DNA of 64,000 nucleotides from Chiloscyllium plagiosum. Lineage: Eukaryota. Location of the stretch: contig NC_057718.1 of assembly GCF_004010195.1 (NCBI RefSeq), forward strand, positions 5,657,807 to 5,721,806, given 5' to 3'. How positions within the stretch are numbered: the stretch's first letter is position 1; every line of letters starts with the position of its first letter. A program made the translations under genes and the position numbers. Positions 1 through 10,110 of the stretch are shown piece by piece. The notes under the pieces are model-generated. The model ran no database searches and was not told where the DNA came from. It saw only the letters and a list, made by a program, of their open reading frames with translations.

Positions 1-240
1 CCCCGAAGAGTGCTAGCAAACCTACCTCCCAGGATATTGGTGCCCTTCTGGTTCTGGTGCAACCCGTCCTGCTTGTACAGGTCCCACCTTCCCCAGAATG
101 CAGTCCAATTGTCCAAATACCTGAAGCCCTCCCTCCTACACCATCCTTGCAGCCACGTGTTCAACTGCACTCTCTCCCTATTCCTTGCCTCACTGTCACG
201 TGGCACTGGCAACAACCCAGAGATGACGACTCTGTCAGTC
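1..240 (-). mobile_element. CR1 LINE ORF1 (esterase) fragment
   Basis: Paralogous to 750-1000; the minus strand reads ...FWGRWDLYKQDGLH..., the SGNH esterase block V region. Confidence 0.75.
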
Positions 241-1930
241 AATGTAGGAGAAGATAAAGTCCCCCATAATGACCACCCTGTTCCTTTCATTCCTACCCAG
301 AATCATTTTGCCAATCCTCTGCTCCACATCCCTGGAACTCTGCAGAGGCCTGTAAAAAAACTCCTAGCAGTGTGACCTCTCCTCCTGTTTCTAACCTCAG
401 CCCATGCTACCTCAGTAGACTAATCCTAAACATTCTTTCAGCCACCATTATACTATCCTTGACTAACAAGGCCATACCTCCTCCTCTTTTTCCACCTTGC
501 CTGTTCTTAATGAAATATCTAAACTCTGGAACCTGCAACATCCATTCTTGACCCTGCTCTATCCATATCTTCGAAATGGCCACAACATCAAAGTTGAAAC
601 TTTATTTCCATGCTGCAAGCTCACCTACCTTATTTCGGATACTTCTGGTGCTGTCTGCCTGTGACTGTGAAATCCTGTCCATGCCCTCCCTACTCTTATC
701 CTCCTGTGCACTGCAACTACTCCTCAGGTTCCCATCCCCCTGCTGAGCTAGTTTAAACCCACCCAAATAGCACCAGCAAATTTCCCACCCAGGATATTAA
801 TACCCCTCTGATTCAAGTGAAGACCGTCCTGTTTGTAGAGGTTCCACCTTCCCCAGAATGAGCCCCAATTATCCATGTCCCTGAAACACTCCCTCCTGCA
901 CCATCCCTGCCGGCACCTGTTCAGCTGATGTCCCTCCCTGTTCCTTGCCTCACTATCACGTGGCCCAGGTAACAAACCAGAGATAACAACTCTGTTTGTT
1001 CTTGCTTCAGCTTCTCTTCTCTCTTAAATTCTGCCTTACATCACCTATCCCTCTTTCTACCTATGCTGTTGGTACCTACATGGACCACGACTTGGGGCTG
1101 GTCACCCTCTCTCTTTAGAACCCCAAAGACAGGATCCAAGACATCATGGACTCTGGCACCTGAGAGGCAACACACCAACTGCGAGTCTTGTTCGTTCCCA
1201 ATAAACCTTCTATCTGACTCTCTAACTATTGAGTCCCCAATGACTAACACTGTCAGCCTTTCCCTCCTTCCCCTCTGTGCAACAGGGACACACTTTGTGC
1301 CAGAGACTTGCACACCACTGCATGCCCCTGGTAAGTTGTTTCCCCCCAATAGTATCCAAAATGGTATACTTGTTTTTCAGGGGAACAACTACAGGAGATC
1401 CCTGCACTGACTGTTTTCTCCCCCTTCGAATAACTACCCAGCTTTCTTCATGCCTCAGGGTAACTGCTTCCCTGTAACTCTTATCTATCACAGCCTCTGC
1501 CTCTGCGAATGATCCAAAGTTCATCCAGCCCCCGTTTCAGTTCCCTAACGCGGTCTTGGAGGAGCGAGAAGTGGGTGCACTTCCTGCAGATGTACTTGGA
1601 TGGGACACTAATGGCGTCCCTCACCTCAAACATCATGCAGGAGGATCATTCCTCTCCCTGCACTGCCATCCCTGCTAGTCCCTTTATCAGAATGCAAAAG
1701 AGAAGAGAAGCTTAGCTGACGTGTCCCTGGTGTTTAAGGTTAGAGGAGGTGGTTGGGTGGGAGGCCCTACAAGGGTAGGATCTTGGGTTTAGAGAACATT
1801 CACTTATATAGCTGGACAGGAATAAAGAAAGTCCCTCCTTTCCCAGAAGCCTCTGCTCTCCGATATCAAATGTAAAAGCTCAAGTCAGTGGCTCACTGCT
1901 CCTGATAGGCCCCTGGTCCAATCTCGTGCC
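241..1930 (-). mobile_element. 5' part of a decayed CR1 LINE: 5'UTR, ORF1 (zinc finger/leucine zipper plus SGNH esterase), start of ORF2 endonuclease
   Basis: Minus-strand ORF pieces contain VLVIGDSIVR (GDSL-like motif), PQVVVHVGTN and YKQDGLHLN; a CxxC...CRKC region near 1570-1665; an APE-like start (NKVGELAA...DVVAISK) near 560-640. Frameshifted. Confidence 0.85.
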
Positions 1931-1974
1931 CTTCGAGCTGCTGCTGCTGAAAAACAGAAATGTCAATTACTAAG

Positions 1975-2260
1975 GACATAGGTTTAGGTTAAAACAAGTA
2001 AAGTTTAAAGGGATTTGAAGGACAAGTTTTTTTATGCATAGAGGGTGGTAAGTGCTTGGAATGAGCTGCCAGAGGAGGTGGTAGAAGCAGATACAATAGC
2101 AACGTTTAAGAGACATCTTAACAAATATGCAAATAGGCAGGGAATAGGAGGGATATGGACCACATGGAGGCAAAAGGTTTTTAGTTTAAAAAGGCATCAT
2201 ATGTCAGTCCGGCTTGATGGGCCAGCTGCTATGTTGTATTGTTCTTTGTTCTTTTGTTCT
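1975..2260 (+). mobile_element. CR1 LINE 3' end
   Basis: RVVSAWNELPEEVVEADTIATFKRHLNKY, the typical CR1 ORF2 C-terminus, plus 3' tail. Confidence 0.85.
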
Positions 2261-2319
2261 AATTAATGAGAATGTGATATTTTATAGAAAATAGAAATAG
2301 TTTCCAAAAGAGCTTTGTC

Positions 2320-2608
2320 TTAGATTACTTACAGTGTGAAGTAGACCCTTCGGCCCAACAAGTCTACACTGACCCTCCAAAGAGCAACCCACCCAGACCC
2401 ATTCCCCTACACCTAACACTACAGGCAATTTCCTATGGCCAATTAGAACATAGAAAAAATTCATGTAACCTGCACATTTTTGGACTGTGGGAGGAAACCC
2501 ACACAGACAACGTGCAAACTCCCCACAGCTAGTTGCCCGAGGTGAGAATTGAACCCGGGTCTCTAGTGCTGTGAGGCAGCAGTGCTAACCACTATGCCAC
2601 CATGCCAC
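2320..2608 (-). mobile_element. HE1/V-SINE-like tRNA-derived SINE
   Basis: Reverse complement of the full-length copy at 59056-59358 (A box tggcatagtgg, B box gggttcaattc, CR1-like tail). Confidence 0.85.
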
Positions 2609-2699
2609 CTGTCAGGTGAGTCAAACTGCACAAATACACTCTGAGTGAAGTCAGACCTTTGTGAGACCACCTCAAGGGGATATGGTAGTAGAGGGGGTT

Positions 2700-3321
2700 A
2701 ATAGGGTCTTAAACAAGGCAAATGAAACATTTATCTTTTTCAGTCTTGGCATAGATTATAAGAGCAGGGAGATTATGTTGGAGCTGTACAGAACTTGGAG
2801 TACTCTGCACAGTGTTGGTCACCATACCTGAGGAAGAAAGTTCTGTCGATGGAGGGATTGCGATGAAGGTTTACCATACATGACTCCCACAGCTAGAGTA
2901 CTGTGTACAGTTTTGGCATTTTTGGAAAGATGGGATTGCACTGGAGGGGGTACAGAGGAGATTCAACAGGGCGTTGTCTGGGATGGAGCAATTTAGTTAG
3001 GAAGAGAGACTTTGTTTTCTTGAGAGCAGACTTATGGGGAGGTGGGGCAGGGGGGCACCTGATAGAGGTGTATAAGACTATAGGGTGGACAGAAAGCAGC
3101 TATTCCTCTTAGTTGAAGGGTTAATAACAAGGGGGCATAATATTCAGGTGGAAATGCAGAACATTTAGAGGAGATTTGAGGAAAACATTTTTCACCCAAG
3201 ACTGTAATGGGAATCTGGAATGCACCGCATGGGACCTCACAACTTTTAAAAAGTACTTGGATGAGCTTTTGAAATGACATAACATTCAAGGCAATGTGCT
3301 AAGTTTGGGAAAGAGGAACTA
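2700..3321 (+). mobile_element. Decayed CR1 ORF2 3' fragments
   Basis: LEYCVQFW- and LEGVQRRFT-like segments, 3' region truncated by the gap. Confidence 0.7.
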
Positions 3322-3821
3322 NNNNNNNNNNNNNNNNNNNNNNNNNNNNNNNNNNNNNNNNNNNNNNNNNNNNNNNNNNNNNNNNNNNNNNNNNNNNNNN
3401 NNNNNNNNNNNNNNNNNNNNNNNNNNNNNNNNNNNNNNNNNNNNNNNNNNNNNNNNNNNNNNNNNNNNNNNNNNNNNNNNNNNNNNNNNNNNNNNNNNNN
3501 NNNNNNNNNNNNNNNNNNNNNNNNNNNNNNNNNNNNNNNNNNNNNNNNNNNNNNNNNNNNNNNNNNNNNNNNNNNNNNNNNNNNNNNNNNNNNNNNNNNN
3601 NNNNNNNNNNNNNNNNNNNNNNNNNNNNNNNNNNNNNNNNNNNNNNNNNNNNNNNNNNNNNNNNNNNNNNNNNNNNNNNNNNNNNNNNNNNNNNNNNNNN
3701 NNNNNNNNNNNNNNNNNNNNNNNNNNNNNNNNNNNNNNNNNNNNNNNNNNNNNNNNNNNNNNNNNNNNNNNNNNNNNNNNNNNNNNNNNNNNNNNNNNNN
3801 NNNNNNNNNNNNNNNNNNNNN
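3322..3821. other. Assembly gap (500 N)
   Basis: Run of N. Confidence 1.
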
Positions 3822-4000
3822 ACCTGCCGAATTCTCCACGGCAATGCTTCTACTAATCAGAGGCCATTTATCAACCAATCAGCACTCTCCTATCATGCAG
3901 TTTAATGTTAGTTTTCCCCTTGAATTGGTACTCTTGCGAATTGTCCTGATGAGTGCAAGATGAAAAACATCAACAAAGTGTGTCATTTTTTAGCAGTACA
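3822..4000 (+). mobile_element. Penelope-like terminal repeat with hammerhead-like core
   Basis: ttgtc-CTGATGA-gtgcaagat-GAAA-aacatc-aacaa at 3941-3976; related to 47840-47915 (-) and 48570-48810 (+). Confidence 0.55.
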
Positions 4001-4267
4001 CAAGTTCAATAGTTCATATGGCTACATTTATATCTCTTTGGTGTTAATAGTTTATCCATATTTAGTTCCAATTTTGCATTATTTCACCTTGTGAACATTC
4101 AGCCACTGCAAAAAAGACCCGGACTAACTTGAATTCAGTCCATTCTTTAAAGACTTGGGATTGTTTTACATAACCTGAATTTAGAAGTTTAAGGATTGAA
4201 AGGTCAGTGCTTTCAATCAGCTATACCAGTTAGCAGTTGAAAGGTCTGGCTATTAACCCTAATTGAA

Positions 4268-4773
4268 AGGCCTTCGTGTGGCACAGTGGTAATGTTCCCA
4301 CCCCTATACCAAGAGGACCGGAGTCGAGTCCCAACTGCTCAGAGGTCTGTAATAATACTTCTGACCAGGTTAATTAAGAAAATAGATAATTATTTTTTGA
4401 AAAGCAGACTCAGGGTCCTCTTGTGGCAAAGTGGTAGTGTCCCTACCTCTGAACTGAGAGCGAGGAGTAAAACAAATTAACCATAATCAAGAGGTCCTCC
4501 TGTGGAGCAGTGGTAGTGACCTTACTTCTGGGTCAGGAGGACCAGATCAAGTCCCACCTGCTCCAGAGATGTGTAATAACATCCTTGAACAGATTGATTA
4601 GAAAAACAGGTACATTTTTTTAAAAACCCTAATCGAGAGGTTGTCGTGTTACGCAGTGGTAGTGTTCCTACCCTTAGACTGGAGGCCCAGGTTCAGATCC
4701 CGCCTGCTCCAGAGGTGTGTAATAACATCTCTGAACAGGTTGATTAAGGAATTAGGTCAAATTTTAAAAAAAA
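4268..4773 (+). repeat. Tandem array of four tRNA-derived short SINE-like monomers (~145 bp period, unit 2 truncated)
   Basis: A-box-like gtggcacagtggt and variants at 4278, 4423, 4502 and 4648; B-box-like gttcagatccc/gatcaagtccc; shared cctgctccagag.tgtgtaataacatc..tgaacag.ttgatta body and T/A-run ends. Confidence 0.75.
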
Positions 4774-5239
4774 TGGGTATGACTATGAGCGCAAACTGAT
4801 TGTTATTGGACTGAAAATCCAGAGGCCCACGTGATCTGCAGACATTAAGTGAAATCCCACCAAAGCAGTGGAGGAACTTCTATTCAGTTAAAGGAATAAA
4901 TCTGGGAATAAAATTCTCATTGCAGTAATAGTGAAACTGCTGAATTGTTGTTTAAAACGTTCTCATTCACTCATGTTGTTTTGTAGGAGATTTGCCCAGT
5001 CCCATGACAATGTGGCAACCTCTTATCTGCCCTGTGCAATGGATGAGCAACATCTCCCAGTTTTGTAAAACTGCTTACACATGGTTCAAGAAAGCGACAC
5101 ATTACTTGTGGGCAACTGGGGGTAAACCATTGTTTATTTATATTTTTATTTGTTATGGACCTCATTGGCTGGATCAGAATGTATTGCTCATCTTTAATTG
5201 CCCAAGAGAAGGTGTTGGAGAACTGCTGTAGCACACAGG

Positions 5240-5905
5240 AGCAGCTGGTAATCAGGAAGGCTAATGGAATGTTAGCCCTTATTTCAGGGGGGGTTGGAAT
5301 TTAAAAGTAGTGAAGTCTTACTGCAAATGTGCAAGGTGCTGATGGCACCATATCTGGGGTGCTGTGGGCAGTTTTGGTCCCTTACTTAAGGAAAGATATT
5401 TTTTCATTGGAGACAGTTCAGAGAAGGTTCACTAGGATGATGCTGGTATGAAGGGGCTGTCTTATGAGCAAAGGCTGAACAGGTTGGGACTCTACTCATT
5501 GGAGTTTAGAAAAATGAGAGGTGATCTCATTGAAACTTATAGGATTCTTAAGGGACTTAGCAGGGTAAGTGCCGAGAGGATGTTACCCATCTGGGACCAG
5601 AGGGTACAGTCTCAGAATAACGGGGCACCAATTTAAGACTGAGATGAGGAGGAATTTCTTTTCTCAGAATTGTAACTCTTTGGAACTCCTTGCCAAAGAG
5701 AGCTGTGGGGACAGAGTCCTGGTGTATATTTAAGTCGGAGACAGATAGATTCATGATCAGTAAAGGATAAAGGATCACTGGGAACGGGCAGGAAAGTGGA
5801 CATGAGGAATGTCGGATCAACCGTGATTCTATTGAATAGCAAAGCAGTTTGGAGAGGTGGAACAGCGTACTCCTGTTTTGATTTCTTCCGGTCATATGGT
5901 CTAAC
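5240..5905 (+). mobile_element. CR1 LINE 3' fragment
   Basis: MKGLSYEQRLNRLGLYSLEFRKMRGDLIETYRILKG and a 3'UTR. Confidence 0.85.
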
Positions 5906-6059
5906 AACTCCAGTGCAGTTAGGCAGGGAGTTCTAGGATTTTGACCCAGTGACAGTGAATGAACGGTGATATTATTTCCAACTCAGGATGGTGAGTGGCT
6001 TGGAAAGGAACTTGCGGGTGTCATGTTCCCAGGTATCTATTGCCTTTGTCTATCTAGAA

Positions 6060-6420
6060 GGGTATAGACAGGGTAGATAGAGATAAACTTTTTCCCAGGG
6101 TGAAGGATTCAATAACGAGAGGTCACGCTTTCCAGGTGAGAGGTAGAAAGTTTAAGGGGGATACACGCGGTAAGTACTTCACACAGAGGGTGGTGGGCGT
6201 TTGGAACGCATTGCCAGCAGAGGTGGTAGAGGCAGGCATGGTAGATTCATTTAAGATGCTTCTGAACAGATGCATGAGTAGGTGGGGATTAGAGAGATAC
6301 AGATGCTTAGGAATTGACCGACAGGTTTAGACAGTACATTTGGATCGGCTCAAGCTTGGAGGGCTGAAGGGCCTGTTCCTGGGTTGTAAATTTTCTTTGT
6401 TCTTTCTTTGTTCTTGTTCT
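6060..6420 (+). mobile_element. CR1 LINE 3' end
   Basis: TRGHAFQVRGRKFKGDTRGKYFTQRVVGVWNALPAEVVEAG; tail of ttctttg repeats. Confidence 0.85.
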
Positions 6421-7099
6421 AGATGGTAGAGAACCATGTCAAACCCAGGCTTGAAATGAAGGTTGAAATAAAAGCATAGCCAGAGCTTCTAAACAAATAA
6501 AGAGGGCAGTTGTTTAACCCAGTCAAACCCCATTAATTTGACCAGCATACCTTCATAGTCATAGAGTCAGAGGGTCTCTAGTACAGAAACATACCCTTCA
6601 GTCCAAACAGTCCATGCTGAACATAATCCCAAACTAAACTAGTCCCACCTGCCCAGTTCAGCCCTCGAATCTGTGCCAACCTTTTATGCTAATCTAAGAT
6701 CAAACTAACCTATATACGCTATATTTTACTGTCATCCATGTGACTCTTGGATAGGCAAATGATGACAGTAAAATGTATTCATGATTTGGAGATGCCGGTG
6801 TTGGACTGGGATGTAAAAATCACACAATACCAAGGTTATAGTCCAACAGGTTTAATTGGAAGCACTAGCTTTCAGAGTGCTGCTTCTTCATCAGGTGGTT
6901 GTGGAGGACACAATTGTAAGACACAAAATTTATAGCAAAAGTTTACAGTGTGATGTAACTGAAATTATACATTGAAAAATACATTGTTTGTTTGTTAAGT
7001 CTCTCATCTGTTAGAATGACCATGTTAGTTTCAATTCTTTCATATGCAAATCACAAAACTTTTTGGGTTCACGTCACACTACAGGTGACCACCATTGCA

Positions 7100-7450
7100 C
7101 TATACACACACAGACACACACACACACAGACACTCACACACACTCCTACAGACACACACACTCCCACACTCACACATGCACCCTCTCACAGACTTAGACC
7201 CCTTTACACTCACACACACATGCACTCTCTCTCACAGACACTCACAACTCCCCACCCCAGACACACACACACACACTCCTACAGACACACACACTCCTAC
7301 AGACACACACACACTCCCACACTCACACATGCATCCTGTCACAGACTTAGACCCCTTTACACACAAACACACATCTGCACTCTCTCTCACGGACACTCAC
7401 AACACCCCCACCCCAGACACACACACACACACACATGCACACATACACAT
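7100..7450. repeat. Compound (CA)n-rich repeat with internal ~170-bp duplication
   Basis: The block ctcccacactcacacatgca...cagacttagacccctttacac occurs twice (~7160 and ~7313). Confidence 0.9.
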
Positions 7451-7830
7451 GTACGTTTGTGGGGTGAATTTGTACTTGCAGAGTGACATTATTCTTTGCT
7501 GAAAAACTGCGTGAATCCATGTAAGACTCTGTTAACTCACTTTTTAGATAGAATCAGTCTAACCATTATGGCACAGACAGCAGCACACAGGGGGCTAACA
7601 CCTTCAACATCTTATCTGGGCTGACACCAATTGTTAAAGTTAACCTGAAAATGTAACTTTTAAAAAAGGTTTTGTGATTTGCATATGAAAGAAGTGAACC
7701 TAACATGGTCATTCTAACAGATGAGAGACTTAACAAACAATCCAGGTCTTTTTCAATGTATAATTTCAATTACATCACACTGTAAACTTTTGCTATAAAT
7801 TCTGTGTCTTACAATTGTGTCCTCCATAAC

Positions 7831-7865
7831 CACCTGATGAAGGAGCAGCGCTCAGAAAGCTAGTG
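7831..7865 (+). ncRNA. Minimal type I hammerhead ribozyme motif (putative)
   Basis: cac-CTGATGA-aggagcagcgctca-GAAA-gcta-gtg: stem I cac/gtg, stem II gagc/gctc, palindromic AGCU stem III, CUA triplet. An inverted, more decayed copy lies at 6863-6897. Confidence 0.6.
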
Positions 7866-7995
7866 CTTCCAATTAAACCTGCTGGACTGTAACCTGGTGT
7901 TGTGTGATTTTTAACTTAGTAAAATGTAGAGTTTGATATCAGAGTAAGATAAAAGGTCAGCACAACATCGAGAGCTGTATTGCTCTATGTTCTAT

Positions 7996-8425
7996 ATCCC
8001 TCCAAACCTTTTCTATCCATGTACCTGTCCAAATGTCTATTAAACATTGTAATTGTACCCACATCCACCAGTTTCTCAGGAAGTTCATTCCACACGTGAA
8101 TGACCCACTATGTGAAAAATTTGCCTTTCCTGTCTTTTTTAAATCTCTCTCCTCTCACCTTAAAAATGTGGCCCCTAGTCTTGAAATCCCCCATCCTAGG
8201 GAAAAGACAACTGCCATTAACTCTATCAATGCCTCTCATTATTTATTAAACTTCTGTAAGGTAGCATATCAACCTCCTACAATCAGTGAAAAAGGTCCCA
8301 GTGTATCCAGCCTTTCTTTATAACTCAAACCTTCCATACCCACCAATGTCCTCTTCTGAACCCACTCCAGCTTGATAATCTCCTTCCTATAACTGGGCAA
8401 CCAGAACTGGACGTAGTATTCTAGA
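7996..8425 (-). mobile_element. CR1 3' region, continuing the piece at 6555-6665
   Basis: Minus strand LEYYVQFWLPSYRKEIIKLEWVQKR...GLSYKERLD. Confidence 0.8.
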
Positions 8426-8627
8426 AGAGAGATATAATGTATAAAACACATTTAGCACACCTGTCTTTGTTAGTCCTCTGAGTATAGGAGTTGGGAGGTC
8501 ATGTTGAGGTTGTACAGGACATTGGTGAAGCCTCTTCTGGAATACTATGACCAGTTCTGGTCACCCAGTTATGTTCATAGTTTTGAAACAGAACCTTCCT
8601 TATTTCTCTACTTTTGTTTTAAAGTGT

Positions 8628-8764
8628 ATGGGATCTGAAGGAATAGATATGGGGAAGAGAGCAGAAACGAGAAGTGAAGGAGATGGCACCGATCCACAAG
8701 CATCGCCCAACCAGCGGCCAAACACATGCTGCTTCTGCTGGTGCTGCTGCTGCAGTTGTTCCTG
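8628..8764 (+). CDS. RGS17: RGS17 coding exon 1 (N-terminus with cysteine string)
   Basis: Translates MGSEGIDMGKRAETRSEGDGTDPQASPNQRPNTCCFCWCCCCSCS(C), the RZ-family cysteine string (human RGS17 QRPNNTCCFCWCCCCSCSC). Acceptor cttttgttttaaag ends at 8624; ATG at 8628 and an in-frame ATG at 8649; donor TG|gtaggt after 8764 (phase 2). An upstream exon could extend the frame. Confidence 0.92.
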
Positions 8765-8879
8765 GTAGGTCAAATCCAACTCTCACACACTTGACTTTGG
8801 AGGGGAAGGAATGTGCGGGAGCAGGAGGAGGGAACAAGCTCAAAGTCCCATATCTGCCCTTAGGGTTGGTTGGAGTGGA

Positions 8880-9210
8880 ATGGTGTCTCGGTGCTTAGCA
8901 CTGCTGATTTACAGCACCAGAGAGCCACGCTCAACTTCAGCCTCTGGTGACTGCCTGTGTGGATTTTGTGGAGCACATTCTCCCCGTGTCGGTGTGTGTT
9001 TTCTCTGAGTGCTCAGATTTCCTCCTTCAATCTAAAGGTGTGCAGGTTAGGTGAATTGTTCATGCTAATGTAGTGTCCAGGGATGTGCATGCTAGCTGGG
9101 TTAGCCATGGAAAATGTGGGGTTATAGGGTTAGGGTGGGGGTATGGACGGGATACTCTTTGGAAGATGTGTGCTCACCCAGTGGGCTGAATGCGATCTTT
9201 CCACTCTGTC
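8880..9210 (+). mobile_element. Diverged HE1/V-SINE-like SINE
   Basis: ttagcactgctg...cacattctccccgtgtc...gtgcaggttaggtgaattg central domain. Confidence 0.75.
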
Positions 9211-9534
9211 AGGCTTTTTTGATTTGTCACTCTTTGGGTTTTTCACTACTTTCTCCAGTACACAACCAGTGTAGAATTATGCAGTGCTGAAAATGTGTTG
9301 CTGGAGAAGCGCAGCAGGTCAGGCAGCATCCAGGGAACAGGAGAATCGACGTTTCGGGCATAAGCCCTTCTTCAGGAATGAATGCAGTGCTAACACAGGG
9401 ATTAACAAAAAAGTGTTTGCCTGTATTGGTGATTTGCTACTTTCTACTGTAGGTCATCTAAAACTATACTGCTCTTGTCCTAACTCACAACAGGCCCCTG
9501 TTACCCAGAGGAGACAGGGGAGATAGGACTCCAA

Positions 9535-10110
9535 CTTGCGGAAGGTTTCAGAGAACATCTCTGGGACACATGCACCAAACAACCCCATCACCCTGTGGCT
9601 GAACACTTTCACTCCCCCTCCCACTCACCAAGGACATGCAAGGCCTGAGCCGCCTCCATCAACAATGTCTAGCTACTTGATGCCTGGAGGACGAACGCGT
9701 CATCTTCCTCCTTGAGACCCTCCAGTACACAAGATCAATGTGGATTTCATCAGCTTCCTCATTTCCCTCCCCCCGCCTTATCCCAGATCCAACCTTCCAA
9801 CTTGGCACCATCCTCTTGAATTGTCCTACCTGTTCATCTTCCTTCTCACCTACCCGCTCCACCCCCCTCTCTGACCTATCACAATCACCCAGCCTTCATC
9901 TACCTATCTGCATTCCCAGCTACCTTCCCCAGCCTCAACCCCTTTCCATTTATCTCTCAGCCGCCTTGGACCACCCCTTCATTCCTGATGAAGAGTTTAC
10001 GCTCGAAACGTCAACTCTCCCATTCCTCGGATACTGCCTGACCGGGCTATGCTTTTCCAGCACCACACTCTTTGACGCTGATCTCCAGCATCTGCAGTCC
10101 TCACTTTCTC
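9535..10110 (+). mobile_element. Penelope-like element 3' part (GIY-YIG C-terminus, terminal repeat with hammerhead core); an inverted terminal piece lies at 9285-9380
   Basis: RFQRTSLG/HPVAEHF-like endonuclease tail homologous to 55829-56104; CTGATGA at 9985, stem gagt-ttac-gctc, GAAA at 10005, CGTC. Confidence 0.8.

Larger units (their letters stand above)
6778..7917. mobile_element. Non-autonomous Penelope-like element with ~250-bp inverted terminal repeats, hammerhead motifs and an internal CA-rich tract
   Basis: 6812-7063 is the reverse complement of ~7665-7916; identical 11-bp flanking direct repeat agtaaaatgta at 6767-6777 and 7918-7928. Confidence 0.8.

Noticed and set aside
1..1000. 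Local duplication 1-240 versus 750-1000
   Set aside because: Two diverged CR1 ORF1 copies; explained by dispersed repeat homology.
3246..3878. Long ORFs across the first gap (also 18158-18971)
   Set aside because: Artefacts of N runs.
4268..4773. CRISPR-like or true tRNA gene cluster
   Set aside because: Vertebrate context; units are whole diverged repeats without unique spacers, and no clean cloverleaf could be folded by eye.
6992..7502. His/Thr-rich ORFs of 164 and 135 aa
   Set aside because: Translation of (CA)n repeat inside a mobile element.
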